64,000 nucleotides of DNA from Hydrolagus colliei (Eukaryota). Positions 48,931-62,379 of this stretch are shown here, one piece after another (the first letter of the stretch is position 1; every line of letters starts with the position of its first letter). The notes beneath the pieces were generated by a model that saw only the letters and a program-made list of their open reading frames with translations, ran no database searches and was not told where the DNA came from. The DNA is taken from assembly GCA_035084275.1 (NCBI GenBank), contig CM068746.1:41726001-41790000 (forward strand), given 5' to 3'. A program made the translations under genes and the position numbers.

Positions 48931-49891
48931 CGTATTTATTTACATTTATATAGCATCTTTCACATCAGGAGCACGTCTTAAAACGCACTGCTCACTGGGT
49001 ACCCAAAGATGGGTAGTTGAAGAGGGTGAGAAGAGGAAAGATGACCAAAAGAATGGAATTAACCTTATTTCACACAGCCATCCTGTGGTAAAAGCAATAT
49101 CAATAATACAGCATGATTCACTGGTGGATAGCCAGTGGATGGCAGTGTAATACTGTAGAGAGGTCAGGAGAGTGACAAACAGCGTCACACCATGTGCAAA
49201 GTGTGTAGTTTATACCCAAATTTGTCTTTGGATTTGACTCCTGACCACTCTGCAGTATTATGGTGCCATCCACTGGCTATCCACCAGTGGATCTCTCAAC
49301 CACTGTTTTCTTTAAAATAGACGCAGTCAGATGGATATTTCAAAGCATTTCACACAGCTGGAGGGGAGATGGATTCAGAAGTCAAATCATAATTGACTGC
49401 CAGTTGGAACCACTTGTGAATGGATGCAGTTCCTGCTGGATGGGATTTATTTTGTCCATTTGCCCTTTGATACTGACTCTACAAAGAGCATAGTTTTACT
49501 TCCTCCAAAAGTTTTTATGAACACGTTAAAACACTTACTTATTCAAACAAGCCATTCATTGTATGTTTCTTACTCTACCAAAGTCAACAAAGCAGTGTTA
49601 GATCACTGAAAAAGTCCAACAGATTAACAACGTGTTATCCCACATTTTAAGCAAAGAGTTTGTCAATGAATCCCTAGCAACTTGGCATATGATACTGTTC
49701 AAAGTATTCCAAATACCAAAAGTGAGATAAATTAATTGAAGCTCAACAAAGTAAAGAGCAATCATGGTAACATGTTGTTTGGTCAGCCAGGTGTCCTGAC
49801 ACATGCCAATACCCAGCACCTTGCATAAGAGTATTTAAATGAGACTGAGTTATATGTACTGTATGTAACTTATTTATTTTGCGTACCACTT

Positions 49892-51112
49892 CTCACTTAG
49901 AAAAATATGGGTTCATAAAGGACAGCCAACACAGATTTGTTAAAGGCAAATCATGTCAACAAACCCGAGTTTTTTTATGCAGTAACAGGGTAGTGCAGTT
50001 GACATAGATTATATGGATTTTCAAGAGATGTTTGATAAAGTGCCACATAAGAGACTTGTATGCAAAATAGAAGCCCATGGTATTAAAGGGACAGTGGCAG
50101 CATGGATGCAGAACTGGCTGGGAGACAGAAAGCAGGTAGTGGTGGTGAACTATAATTTTTCTAACCAGAGGAAAATGTACAGTGGTGTCCCATAGGAGTC
50201 GGTATTGGGAGCACTGCTCTTTTTAATCTATATAAATGACCTAGACGTGGGTATAGGGAATACAATTTATAATAATAATAATAATCCTTGCATTTGATAT
50301 AGCGCTTTCCACATCTTATCAACGTCCCAAAGCGCTTCACAGAATATACTGTAAAGTGAATTGACTGTATATATTTGAGGGCGAATCGCGGCAGCCAATT
50401 GCGCACAGCAGTGTCCCACACACAGTCGTGGATTGAAATGACCAATTTTATTATTGTGTTTTTTTTGGAGGGATTATTATTAGGCGTGTGGAGTAAGGAA
50501 ACTTGCCCAAGGTTTCGCCCTGACCTGCCTGGATTCGAACACAGGTCACCCCAGCTTGGTTTCCCCAGCTTGCAAGACAAGTGCTCTAACCACTGAGCCA
50601 CAGGAGCTCATCTCCAAGTTTTCAGACGATACTAAGCTAGAAATAGTAGTAAACAGGGAGGAGGATAGTCGTAGACTGCAAGAGGACATAGACAGACTGG
50701 GCAGACACGTGGCAGATCAAGTTTAATGTGCAAAGTGATGGATTTTGAGAGGAAGAATGAGGAGACGCAGTATAAGCTAGGTAGTAGAATATTAAAGGGG
50801 GTGAAGGAACTGAGAGACCTAAGGGTTCACATAAGTAAATCTCTGAAGGTAGCAGGGCAGGTAGATAAAACTGTTCACCTTGCATACAGAATACTAAGCT
50901 TTATAAATAGGGGCATAGAATACAAAAGTCAGGAAATTATGATGAACCTTTAGAAAACACTGGTTGGGCTTTAGCTAGAGTTCTGGGCACCACACTTTAG
51001 GAAGGATGTGAAGGCATTGGAGAGCAGGGGAAAGAAGATTCACGAGTTGTTCAGATTTGGAATGCATTGCTTGAAATAGCCTCCTGTGCTGAATAATTCT
51101 ATGATTCTATGA
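49892..51112 (+). mobile_element. Degenerate CR1 LINE interrupted by a SINE
   Basis: MDFQEMFDKVPHKRLV, FSDDTKL, FINRGIEYKSQE fragments; attctatgattctatgat tail. Confidence 0.9.
50269..50609 (-). mobile_element. Full-length tRNA-derived SINE nested in CR1
   Basis: Antisense head gagctcctgtggctcagtggttagagcac...gttcgaatcc, core, (taa)n. Confidence 0.9.
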
Positions 51113-51889
51113 TCTAAACTAAATAAAATATTTTTTTCCAAAATCATCATTAATATCTTTTCCAACCACAACAATCAATTTCTGCAATGCACAATATAAA
51201 CTAAACTTGAAGGTAAAAGAAAGTTTAAATTGCAGAATAAAAATGTTTATAATTTAGGTGGGACTTGACTAACCTGTTAGAACTGATTTTTGAGTTTAAT
51301 TGGCATGGTTGGAAATAATAACTGAAAACAAAATCCGACTCACGAATGTCTCGAAAGATAGTTTGGATCTAACAGATTTTTTTGCAAGTTTTCTTTGTTC
51401 TGATGGGATTCTTTGTTCACGTTCTTTCATCTCACAGCTCTCTTTGAAATGCTAAGCAGGTCTCAGAGAGAAAGATGAAAGACTGCGGTACATCTATAGC
51501 TAAGCAGTGAAGGTCAGCATACAATCAAGCCTCATTGCAAGTTGCGCGTTAAATGGCAGATTCTTTTAAAACTGGGAATGCGGGTGGGCAATGATCAGGT
51601 AAGATGTAAAAGCCACTTTCCTGTGTAGTACAGGCCAGTCCAACAGGGGTAAAAGCAGCAGCTTCACAGGTGTTCAGAAGTACCTCCCATTCCCAGACAA
51701 ACAGAACCCATCTATTTAAGAACTGTTCAAACTTCACATAATCATAACAATTCCAAATTACATTTTCATGATATAATCTATTAATGTTTTATGGGAAGAG
51801 GGGGGTCTTTGAAAATTGAAACCCTTTTCCTTCCCTCAGTTAGAATCACATAATTAAACAACTATTTTCCTCTGTTTCACCATTTCACC

Positions 51890-52257
51890 CCCTCCTGCCC
51901 CATTTCCTCTGAATTTTCCTCTTTACTTTCGTCTTTCAACTTCTCCCTTCATATTAACACTGCCACCCACACTCACGGCCATCCTCTCGATCTAGTGATC
52001 ACCCGAGGCATCAACGTCTCTGGCGTCACCATCACAGACAAGGCCATTTCCGACCATTTTTTCATTTCCTGCAACACCTCTATCCCTCCCCCCTCCACTT
52101 CCAAACCCACCACCATCTTCTACCGGCCCTGGAAGAAGATTCCCCCTCAAACTTTCACCTCTGTCCTAGAAACCTCCGACCTCTTCCCACAATGGCATTC
52201 TTTTTGTACCGACCCATCCTCCGCCTCCACCGCCCTCCATAATACCCTCTCCACTGC
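51890..52257 (+). mobile_element. L2 LINE endonuclease-domain fragment
   Basis: THTHGHPLDLVITRG...ISDHFFISC, C-terminal APE motifs. Confidence 0.75.
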
Positions 52258-53339
52258 GTACAAATGCTAAACTACCCAAGTTGAAGTTGTTGAATTTGAA
52301 AGATGCCCCAAACTGGGTTATTACACTCAACTCCAAACATGCATCTCATATTGCAACCTGTAAATATCATTTTCAACACTTGCGACAGCAGTCTTCACTG
52401 CTCTCCAAATGGAAAATAACATGGGCTAGTGGCACCTTTGTTCCAGATAATACAATCAGTAAATAGCACACATTAAATCATTCACCCTTATTCTGATACC
52501 TGTCAACACCAGAGAATCAACGGGCTTGTAGCAATCGGATAAGAGGTAAACAGCACCAGCTCCTCTTACAAACTCAACACCACTAAATATAGAAACCATG
52601 GATACCTTTAATTTAACACAACATCAACAGATTCTAGAAACACAGGAGGATCCACTTTGTCAAGGAACGTGCTGTGATGGGGATGGGAAAACAGCAATAA
52701 CGATAAAAAAATTACATTTGTGTAGCACCTTGCAAGTCAGGACATCCCAAGGCCTGGACAGTCAGGGATCAGGAGGGTTGAAGGATGGCAAGGGTAGCTG
52801 GAGGAGAGCGACTGAAGGCATGATCGAAGAGGAAAGGTTTGAGATGTTTCTTGAATGAGGCAAGGGAAGGGTAAGGCAGAGGGACTGTGGGATGGAGTTC
52901 CAAAGGGAGGTGGCGAGGTGGAATAACTGGGGGATGGAGTTCAAGAGAGCATGGGCAAAGAGGCTGAAGACGTGACCGCTAATGAAGGGGCTGGCAAGGC
53001 TGGGGACATAAAACAGGGGGAGGATGGGGGTGATATGTGCACAATGGGCTGCCATTTGTCACCCACAAAACAGTCAATTAACTTTATAGTATATTCCATG
53101 AAATGCTTTGAGATGTCATGAAGATGTGATAAAGTGCTATATCAAATGGAAGGACTATTATAGGGTCGGGCAGCCTGGTGCGGGAGAAGACTCACGCTGC
53201 AGAGTTCTGAATGAAAAATAGCAATGTGACAGGATATTATCGAATACAGTAATTCAGCAGCTCAATGGATCAAAAGTGCCAATATCGGACTTATGAACTA
53301 GCTCAGTGATATGGTGGGGAAAAGAGGGAAAGATATCTG

Positions 53340-53563
53340 GGCAAGTTTCCTTATTCCACAAGCCTGATAATGATCCCTCAAGAAAAAAGAATAAATTGTT
53401 CACTTCAATCCACGACTGTTTGTGGGACACTGCCGTGCCCAATTGGCTGCCATGTTTCGCCCACAAATATACAATCAATTCACTTTACAATATATTCTGT
53501 GAAGCGCTTTGAGTCATCAAAAGCGCTATATCAAATGCAAGGATTATTATTTATTATTATTAT
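53340..53563 (+). mobile_element. SINE (5' truncated) among L2 remnants
   Basis: ggcaagtttccttattccac...ctgtttgtgggacactgcc...aaatgcaaggattatt. Confidence 0.8.
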
Positions 53564-55590
53564 TGATCTGATCAATTAACTGGACGCTTATGGGGAATGG
53601 GCGCATAGCAAACCAATTAGTGGAGTGGATGGAATAAGTGGGTATCTCTTCCATATAGGCAAGTTGGGGCAAGGCCAAGGTATGGATGAGAATTTTTAAG
53701 TTAATCTGCTGAGCAAGGATTGGGGGGAGGGGGGAAAATGGGCTGGAGCTTATGGGTAGTTGAGCTAGGCCAGATAGTGAGCAGGACATTGGAAAAGTCT
53801 TGAGGTGACAGCTGCATAACTAAATTTTGACTGAATGGGAGACATGGAAGAAGCATATTCAGTTGACGTTGTGGAGATGGTCAGAACCCAAGTGAAAGGT
53901 TTGAAGGTGAGCTGACAGTCAAAGAAAATTGTGAGGTTCCACACAGCCACTATAAGTTGGAGTGAAAACCTGGAGAACAGTGTGGTCCTGGAATCAAGGG
54001 TGGAAGCAGGAAGGCAGAGCTGAGTGTCATCTGCACAGAAAGATACTGTCCAGCAGAAAAATACTGTTCAACATAAGATTCAACTGAAATCAATGCAAAG
54101 GTTGAAATATATTTTAGATCGCCCATATTGGAAAGAAATGATCCGTTGTATTTTCAAAACTGATCGGAGGATACCCGCAAGACAGGAGATGGCTCAACAT
54201 AAGCAAATGCATAAAATGTAGAAGTGTGTGCATTCACCCCCCAAAACAATATTTGCAGTATGTCTGCTCTAAACCAATACTGCTCCATGTAGGTTTGGTA
54301 ACAAGTACTAAAATAACGTCCTTGTAGTGATTTCCATTTCCCTACTGTGACGTTAGCAATAAAAAAGTCTCTTTCCCTTTGAACTTACTGTATATGCAAT
54401 CAGCTAGGAAGGAGTTCACTGGTGTACACCTGCGAGAAACACAGCTCAGTATTTGAGCAATTGTTAATGCAATTAAACAAGTTGTTCATTCATTAAAATA
54501 TTAAGATATTTAGAAAACACAAAGGACTTCCATTGAAAGTCAAAGGTCATTTTTCAAAATTCTTCCATCTGTGTGTATCAGCTCCTGATATGGTCCCGAC
54601 AGTCCTGGGTTAGTTCATCCATCAATTAACATAACTTCCCTATTCCATCTGTGCCAGGCCTCACAAAGTATTCAGCCACAACACCCCTTATAGGAACATT
54701 TCACAGAAGGCACAGGAAGTTTCGACAGCAGTACAGAATGTATCATTGTGTTGAGTCCAGTTTAATTTACCTCATGTAACCCCAGCTGCTATAGCTCTAA
54801 TTTCTGCTGTTGTTCAGCCTCTCCATTCTAAGCCAAAGTCAGACAAGAAACTAGCTTGTGAATGGGGACATATCTGTGAGCTATGCTTCTCCAGTATGCT
54901 TCACAGCTGCAAACCTTTAGCCCAGCCATTCCCCAATCTTGGCATCAGAGATCATGTGAGTCAACTGGCAGAAGCAGGACTTCAATATAAGTCAGATGGA
55001 GCCAGGCAAACAAGACAAGGCTAAGCAGAGGAACCGTGAACCAGAGATCAGATTGTCAAGAAACCGCCTGGAAGGAGTCCACGTTTTTACACTGAAATGT
55101 GTACGTCCCTGGGACGTCCTCCCAATGTGAGAGGCACTCTATAAATGTAATTTTCTTTGTGTTTGTTTGGGTGTGAAACAGGTCACAGACTTTGGGGAGT
55201 ATCAGCATCAAACACCAAGCGGAAAAAGTGAACGCAGAAAGAAACACTGCTGGACTGTGTAACTGCGAATCTCAGTTTAAAGTTCCAAAATGTTTCCAGT
55301 AGAAAATTTATTCCACACTTCAATGTAATGCCCACCTCTCCGTCATTCTCAGGTTCTGACCCCTGACTGTTCATCGCCTTAGGACGTCCTCCCCACATGA
55401 AAGGCACTCTACAAATGTAATTTTGTTGTTGGTGTTCGAAGCAGACTGTGAGAGGGGTCATATAAGGCAGCAGGGACTTTCACAACAAGAGGATTGCAAG
55501 CAGGAACTCTAGCTGATTTTTAACTGTTGAATTCAGAGATGCTAAGTCTCAAACTCTAGGCCCAACCGGATTAGATCAATAAACAACATA

Positions 55591-55803
55591 CAGTAAAAGC
55601 CCGTTTATCTGCCACCCGATCTACCACAACTTCTGTTTAACCAGAATCGCGCAAAAAAGTCCGCATTCGATTAACCGGAATTTATCCGGGAAAATGCATT
55701 GAAATTTTGTTGGTATTTTTTGCATTTTTGGCTGAATATCCGGCATACGCTATAACCGGAATTGGCCAGGTCCCGAGGGTGCCGGATAAACTGGCTTTTA
55801 CTG
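55591..55803. mobile_element. Tc1/mariner-pogo-type MITE
   Basis: TA|cagtaaaagcccgtttatctgccaccc...gggtgccggataaactggcttttactg|TA; ~27-bp imperfect TIR. Confidence 0.85.
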
Positions 55804-56921
55804 TACAATTAAAACCCTGGACTTTTCTGTGTTGCTCAGTTTGACATTCGCCAGTGACTACTAACCATGTGATTGGGGAAATTAGCACTGTATGATTTTG
55901 CTTTGATAAGTTTGTGATGAAGTGCCTTTATGCTTAGAACTCATTTGAGATTCCACTGTCTTACTTCTTGTCACATCAACTACAGCCAAGCAATATATAC
56001 ACCACAATTCACACTCACCAATAGCAGCTGTTTTTGTCATAGCTCTCTTCGCAGGCAGCTGATTTTTCTCCTCCACTTCCATGTGTCATAGCCTGTGCCC
56101 AGCTGAGAGTATAGGCTGCACATGACTGCCCTTGAGCACTTTCTTTCCCTTGCTACTTATGGAAAAATATCACAAGCATCAGAAACCACAAGTATGGAAT
56201 AGTTGACATGGCCATCTGTGCTGTACACGTCACAACTTACAAACAAACCCTGCCATCCCCCATACGGAAATTTAGTATCCAAAATATTAATGGCCCAGGT
56301 GCTTGGCATACTAGAAAAAACCTTAGATAAGACACTGCATCTTACTTGAGCATTATTTTAAAATGCCATCTTTCGGATTACATGTTGAGTGAATGACATT
56401 AAAAATCCTGTTACAATATTTGAAAAGAGAAGGGAGTTTCTCCCAGTGTCCTGGCGAGAAATCCCCCAAGTAAAATTGGTCGTCACTCACTTGGTGGGAT
56501 GCTGCTGTGTGCAAACTCACTGCCACATCTTGCTCACAAAACATAGTCAATCCACTTACAGTATACCTGTGAAGACCTTTGAGATGTCCCGACAACATAA
56601 GGCACTTTACCAAATGCAAGAATTATTACTATTATAATATGCTCCAGCACAAACGTAGGCCATTTTGACCCATCAAGGTTTTAGCCGCCATTTTCTTTGC
56701 TAAGTGAGCCACCAAATCTAACCTGCTCACTCCCCACAACATTCAATGACGCCTTTTTCAAGCATACATCCTACTCATGAAAATGATATACGGTGTTCAT
56801 GGGAGGTGTTGAGACAATAGCATTCTAAAGTTTTATACTTCCAGGGGTTATTGAAAGAGAAGTTCTAAGTTGAAGCGCTCTGAGACGCCGCCCGTCTTGG
56901 TTGTTGTTGTTAAGTTGCTTA

Positions 56922-57901
56922 CAGATAAGCCCCGATTTAGGACGCTTCTAATTAGGACGTTTCGATTGAACAAACATAATTTTGTAACACCTTTTTATCG
57001 ATATAGGACACTTGGTTTAGTTTTACTGAACAAAATTCTTTTTTGCGCATGCGCAGTACATATTTTGAATATCACACTCGTATTTGCCACGTCCTTTTTG
57101 TCCATATGCACAGTCCATAGTGTAAATCGTGGGTAAATCGCGCTCGCACCTGATATAGTATATCCAACAACAACAACAACAAATTACATTTATAGAGCGC
57201 CTTTCACGTCGGGAGGACGTCCCAAGTCCCAAGTGTTTGAACTGGCCAATAGCATGTTGCTAAGTCATTGTTTAAAAGCAGCTGATTTTGAAGCGACGAC
57301 ACCACGCCACATCAGTATCACAGTAATTCCCAAACATTTCCGAGCAACTTCGAGCGATTTACAGCCTCTACCGCTACTTCTAGCAAGTCGGGAAAAGACA
57401 GCAGTAAGTGAAATGAGCAGCGGTAATACCACTCGCGGCCAGAAACCCCGCAAAGTCATCACTTTAAATACGAAATTAAGAGGTGATAAAACGCATCGAG
57501 TCTGGCAAACAAGGTACGGACATCGGGAGGGTTTTAAGGCTAGCTAGATCGACGGTGGCTACTATAAAACAGAATATGGACAATATACTGGCAAGTTCAA
57601 GGTGTGTTACAGCTACAGGTGCAAGCAGATTATCAAAACATAGGACTGTATTAAAGTTTGCCAGTATTAAAGTACAATACTGTACAGTTACCCCAAGTAC
57701 CCCTTCTTGCCTATTTGTGTTATTTGTGTGTTTTGTGCGTTATTTTGTGTGCTTTGTGTGTTATTTAGTGGATTTAAGGTCCAAAAATTTTCTAAAAAGA
57801 ACGCATCTCAGGTTATATAATGGGACTGCATGGGAAACTGCATTTCGAGCTGAGTACCGTTTTTCAGGAACGCAACCCCGTCCTAAATAGAGGTTTACCT
57901 G
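56922..57901 (+). mobile_element. Internally deleted Tigger/pogo-like transposon with N-terminal HTH remnant
   Basis: TA|cagataagccccgatttaggacg...cgtcctaaatagaggtttacctg|TA; KPRKVITLNTKL/VIKRIESGKQGTDIGRVLRLARSTVATIKQN (frameshifted); (caa)n L2-tail insert at ~57165-57230. Confidence 0.85.
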
Positions 57902-58316
57902 TATATTTTTCTTTATTTACAAAAGTGCTATTTTCTTTCAGACCCCCTAACCTCGCCGTAGTCAAATCCAAACTAGACTGGGCCACTATGGCATGAGATG
58001 CTCTAAACTAGAACAGTAGAGGATGCCAAGCACCTGGGCCAGTTTGGGTTTTGGAGATACCAAATATGGAATAGTGTACACCAGGACAGGTGGGAGGCGA
58101 ACACAATGGACCTTGGTTTTTTTTTGTCTAGCATTTCTTATGTTCTTATGAAAACCAATTAGAATACAATTGGTGCAGGTATCTCCTATGTGGAGCTGGC
58201 CTGGCACACAACAACATCAGTGATAATAATCTATCTATATGATACAGCGCCCTATCATAGTATTGGGACTCAAAAGCATTTCACAGAATATACTGTAAAG
58301 TGAATTGACTATGCAC

Positions 58317-59330
58317 TAGGGAACGGCAATATGGGATTTTTGCGGATATGGATATATCGGTTTGCTTATACCTGCTTAAACCGATCTATCGAGTTTTTAT
58401 ACTGCGCATGCGCGTGCATTCGAAGTGCGCGTGCATTGATGGCGCGCACGCATTTATGGTGGGGCAGAGACGGGGTGGATGTGATAATATACAACTCTCT
58501 CACACACAAAAATAACACTTACAGCCACAAAATGCCACTTATTTTTATGTAGTCTGAAGTCTGAATTAATGTCCCTCGCCATTGGCAAGCTCTCCTTTGC
58601 TATGCAAAAAGTGACAGCGTTCGTGATACTTTGCCACTTTTTGTCCCCTCTCTGGTACAATGTTCTCCTTTTAAATAAAGCAGGAATTGTTTGAGCTGCA
58701 CTGGCCCCACTACCTGTCGCTTTCTCCGAAGCGCTGGTTCGACTTCCTGCTGTTGTCGACAATGATTTCGCTCTGAGGGCAGCGTGCTGGGCGGGGTGGT
58801 GCTGCTTAATGTGATGTCGCAGGTTGCTCGTGCTCGAATCAGATGTCTTAACCAAGACCTTGCAAACTATACATCTATACACACCATTACTGACTGCATT
58901 GTTTTCAAAGTAGTCCCATATGGGGCTTCTTTTCCCCATGATGAGAAAGGTCAATTTTCAAACTACAATTTTCAGCGATGCGACTTTGTTAAGACGCCAC
59001 GACTCCCGCCGAGTATACACAGTAAAGTGTGCGCGCGCATCGGATGTGCGCGCCCGTTAATTGTGCGCGCGCACCGAATGTACGCGCATTCCATGCTCTA
59101 GGTCTAGGAGGTTGCAATGCCGGCGACAAGGTAAGCTGGAAAAGATCGCATTACACTGATAATACCAACAATATTGATATATTGCCAGGAACGATATTAA
59201 AAATATAACGATGTATATTTTTAAAATCGAATCTCTCGATATAACGGTTTTTTTAGAATCACCATATCGGCATACCGATCTGAAAATCATATCGGGTTTA
59301 ATCGAAAAACCGATACATCGCCGTTCCCTA
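58317..59330 (-). mobile_element. Non-autonomous hAT DNA transposon (copy B), same family as 44864-47009
   Basis: TIRs TAGGGAACGGC(A/G)AT, perfect 8-bp TSD CTATGCAC, inserted in a SINE. Confidence 0.95.
58454..58939 (-). CDS. BED zinc-finger-only ORF (truncated hAT transposase, 161 aa)
   Basis: ATG at 58939; MGKRSPIWDYFE...YRCIVCKVLVKTSDSSTSNLRHHIKQHHP...ITNAVTFCIAKESLP; no catalytic domain; expression unknown. Confidence 0.5.
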   Translation of the reverse strand: MGKRSPIWDYFENNAVSNGVYRCIVCKVLVKTSDSSTSNLRHHIKQHHPAQHAALRAKSLSTTAGSRTSASEKATGSGASAAQTIPALFKRRTLYQRGDKKWQSITNAVTFCIAKESLPMARDINSDFRLHKNKWHFVAVSVIFVCERVVYYHIHPVSAPP

Positions 59331-60041
59331 CTATGCACCACATTTTTTGGAGGTGGGGGGATTATTACCTCCAGAAAGCAATCCATCAATTGATTAACAA
59401 TCAGGTTCCTACAATTGCCAGGTAAACAGATATGGGTAGAATAAGGAGACATAACCTTTTTCACCCTGCCCGGGTATCAAAACCAAATGCTGTCACCAAT
59501 ATGCTGTAGGACTCCACACCTTTCTAAGCAATGTTACATTACAACAACAAAATTATATTTGTATAGCGTTTTCATGTCAGGAGGACATTAGCATTAGCAA
59601 ACTCAAGATATAATACCAGCCTTAAAGGTGCTAAAACACAACAGTCAATCCCAAAGTTCAACTACAAATAAGATACTGAAGTCAGTGTACTATTTTAATT
59701 GTTTACAACAGCATTTTAACATTTCAACTGGTTGCACTGTGCTGAAATATTCAAACAACTCATGAGACCAAGCAGCTTAAAACACTCCGGGCCTGACTCA
59801 TGCAGCTACTTCACTCGTGTGAATGTCATAGCACAGTTGGAATCTCTGAACAAACACAAGGATAAAGTCCAGCCAGCTATAACATTTAAACATCTCAGCA
59901 AGAACTGACTCAGGACTGGCCAACAGATCACTTGACAAGATCAAAAGGAGACAGTAGAAGCCAATTAAGCCGGATGCATCAGAAGTCGACATTTTGTCCA
60001 ATTTATGAGGTGTCAAAGGTTAACCATAATAGAATCCAAAC

Positions 60042-60746
60042 TAGGGTCCGGCGATATATCGATATATTGCTAAAACCCGATATAATTTTCATATCGATAC
60101 GCCGATATAGGCATTTCAAAAATATCGATATATCGAAAAATCGATATATTGAGGGAAAAAATTGGAATGCGCACACACTGAACTACAAGACCCAGAATGC
60201 TCATCTCTATACACAATGCACAGACCGAGGTGCAAAGCCGCCATATTGTATTCATTGTCCTCGAATACAATATACAGGTATGCAAGGGGTGGGGGGGGGG
60301 GGGGGGGGGGGGAGATGGCTTGGGGGCAGCGGGGGAAAGAGATGGCTGGGGGGGAAGGGAGAGAGAGATGGCGGGTGGGGGGGGGAGAGAGACGGCGGGA
60401 GAGGGAGAGAGGGACGGCGGTGGGGGGGGGGAGGAGAGAGGGACGGCGGGGGGAGGAGAGAGGGACGGCGGCGGGGGGCAGAGACGGGGTGGATGTGATA
60501 ATATACAGATAGATAGATATGTGGGGGGATCTGAGAGAGGAGAGAGACACAGACAGAAAAACACAGAGATGGAGAGAGTGAGTGTGAGAGACACAGAGAG
60601 AGAAACATATTTACCTCCTGAGGAGATAGGCCCCGAATGCGCGCATGCGCAGTACGAAAAAACCAAAAATATCGATATTTCGGTATATCTCGATATGAGC
60701 CCATCGATATATCTAAATCAGAAAATTTCCATATCGACGGACCCTA
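60042..60746. mobile_element. hAT MITE, second family (copy C)
   Basis: TIR TAGGGTCCG(G/T)CGATAT, perfect 8-bp TSD ATCCAAAC, subterminal CGATAT arrays, G-rich interior. Confidence 0.92.
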
Positions 60747-61039
60747 ATCCAAACTAGTACAGGAACGTATAATATTATGTAATGTTATTTTACTAGAAGC
60801 AATGTTAACTAACTAGCTAAAATTTAAATATTCACAGAAATCAGTAAAAAAATATATTTATCTCTGACAACTGCAAAATACAGTTCAGTACTTTCCCACC
60901 CAACGGAGGCGCCCAGGTGTGGTTACCTCTCATTACCATTCCCATCAGATGAGAATTGGACCAAGAGGCAGCGGCTGAGCTGATTGACAGCCTGCAGCTC
61001 AGAAGCGGCTCCAAAAAATTCACAAGCCGCTCACCTGCC

Positions 61040-61215
61040 AATCAATGGCAGATGATCTGCAGCTTGTGAATGGAAGAATCAGGAAGGCTGACGACGAGGG
61101 AGTTTCCATAGTCAAGCCTTGAGGTGACGAATGTGTGGATTTGGGTTTTGGCAGCCTGAGGGATGAGGCAGTGGCGAAGTCTGGCGATGTGCGAAGGTGG
61201 TAGCACACGGTACAG
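61040..61215 (-). mobile_element. L2 LINE fragment
   Basis: IARLRHCLIPQAAKTQIHTFVTSRLDYGNSL...IHKLQ. Confidence 0.8.
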
Positions 61216-62379
61216 GTAAAAATACAATTCAATCGAGGCCTGGCGCTTTCTTCTGGCAAAACCAGATTTCATTTATAAATGGGAAATTGCCTGGTCAGCC
61301 ATGTGATGACATGTGTAGCACAAGTTCATCTCCCCTATCAGACATTAGATAAACCATATTCCCAGCACCAGAACAGGGAAATTCCAGATTCTGAATACTT
61401 ACAGATCAGACCTCAATCACACAAAACAGACAAAGTATCCGATATCAAGAAAACACTCATTTAAAGATTAGTTTGAATTGAAAAATCCAATATATTGTGA
61501 TAAAGAATCGGCTATATCCAGCTAAATATTCCTTCCATTCCTCAGGTTGAAAAAGATTCATGAAAACTCAATCAATAAACATACTGCATTGGATTGTGAA
61601 GTGATTCTGAAGGAGTCCCCAGTGATTTGGTGAGATTTCTGAGCTACCCAGTCATGTTGGCTAAGACAGAATTGACAGGTTATCCTGCTGCGCAAAACAC
61701 ACCTCTGTATTTCACTTGTGAAGAATGGCTTCAGATCTCAAAAAGAAGAGTCATTAAAGAATTGTATTTGTGACTTAGTCCATAAAATACAAATACATTT
61801 CAGCTTCGCTCAGTTTGTGTTCTAGCCCCTTTCACAGGGGCTAGAAGATTGTGAGTGTAAGTCATTGTGGGTGGAATTTCAAACTATTCTTGGGCCTGAA
61901 TCAGCTACCTTTTGAAATCACAGAACAATACAGTACTAGGAGAATATTAGTATTATCTTTCCAATTAAACATAATAAGCTTTGCATTTGATATAGAGTCA
62001 CATTCTACGGATGCGCTAAACCAGGGTCCAATGTCTGTCTGTTCAGGTGGATGTTAAAGATCCCATGGTACAATTTGAGAACAGGTGTGTTTCTCCTGGT
62101 GACCTAGCCAGCATTAATTCCCCCAGCGAGAACTGTGCATTCTCTTCATGGTTATTTGTGGGACACTCTCCTTTGCATGAATTGGCTACCATGTTTACCA
62201 ACAAACTGACAGTCACAATGCTCTATAGTTAAATCCTGTGAAACACATGATGAGATGTTCTGATGAGATACAATGCAAGGATTATAATTATGTTAAAACA
62301 AATCAAAGCGAGTAATTAATAACAATATTCCTTGCATTTGATATACCCACAGATTACCCAAACGGGCGGGTAAAGAAAG

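Noticed and set aside
59932-60757. Gly/Arg-rich and Pro-rich ORFs
   Set aside because: Low-complexity interior of hAT MITE C.
61820-61846. 11-bp-stem hairpin (also a 7-bp stem at 17283-17300)
   Set aside because: Short and isolated; no supporting context.
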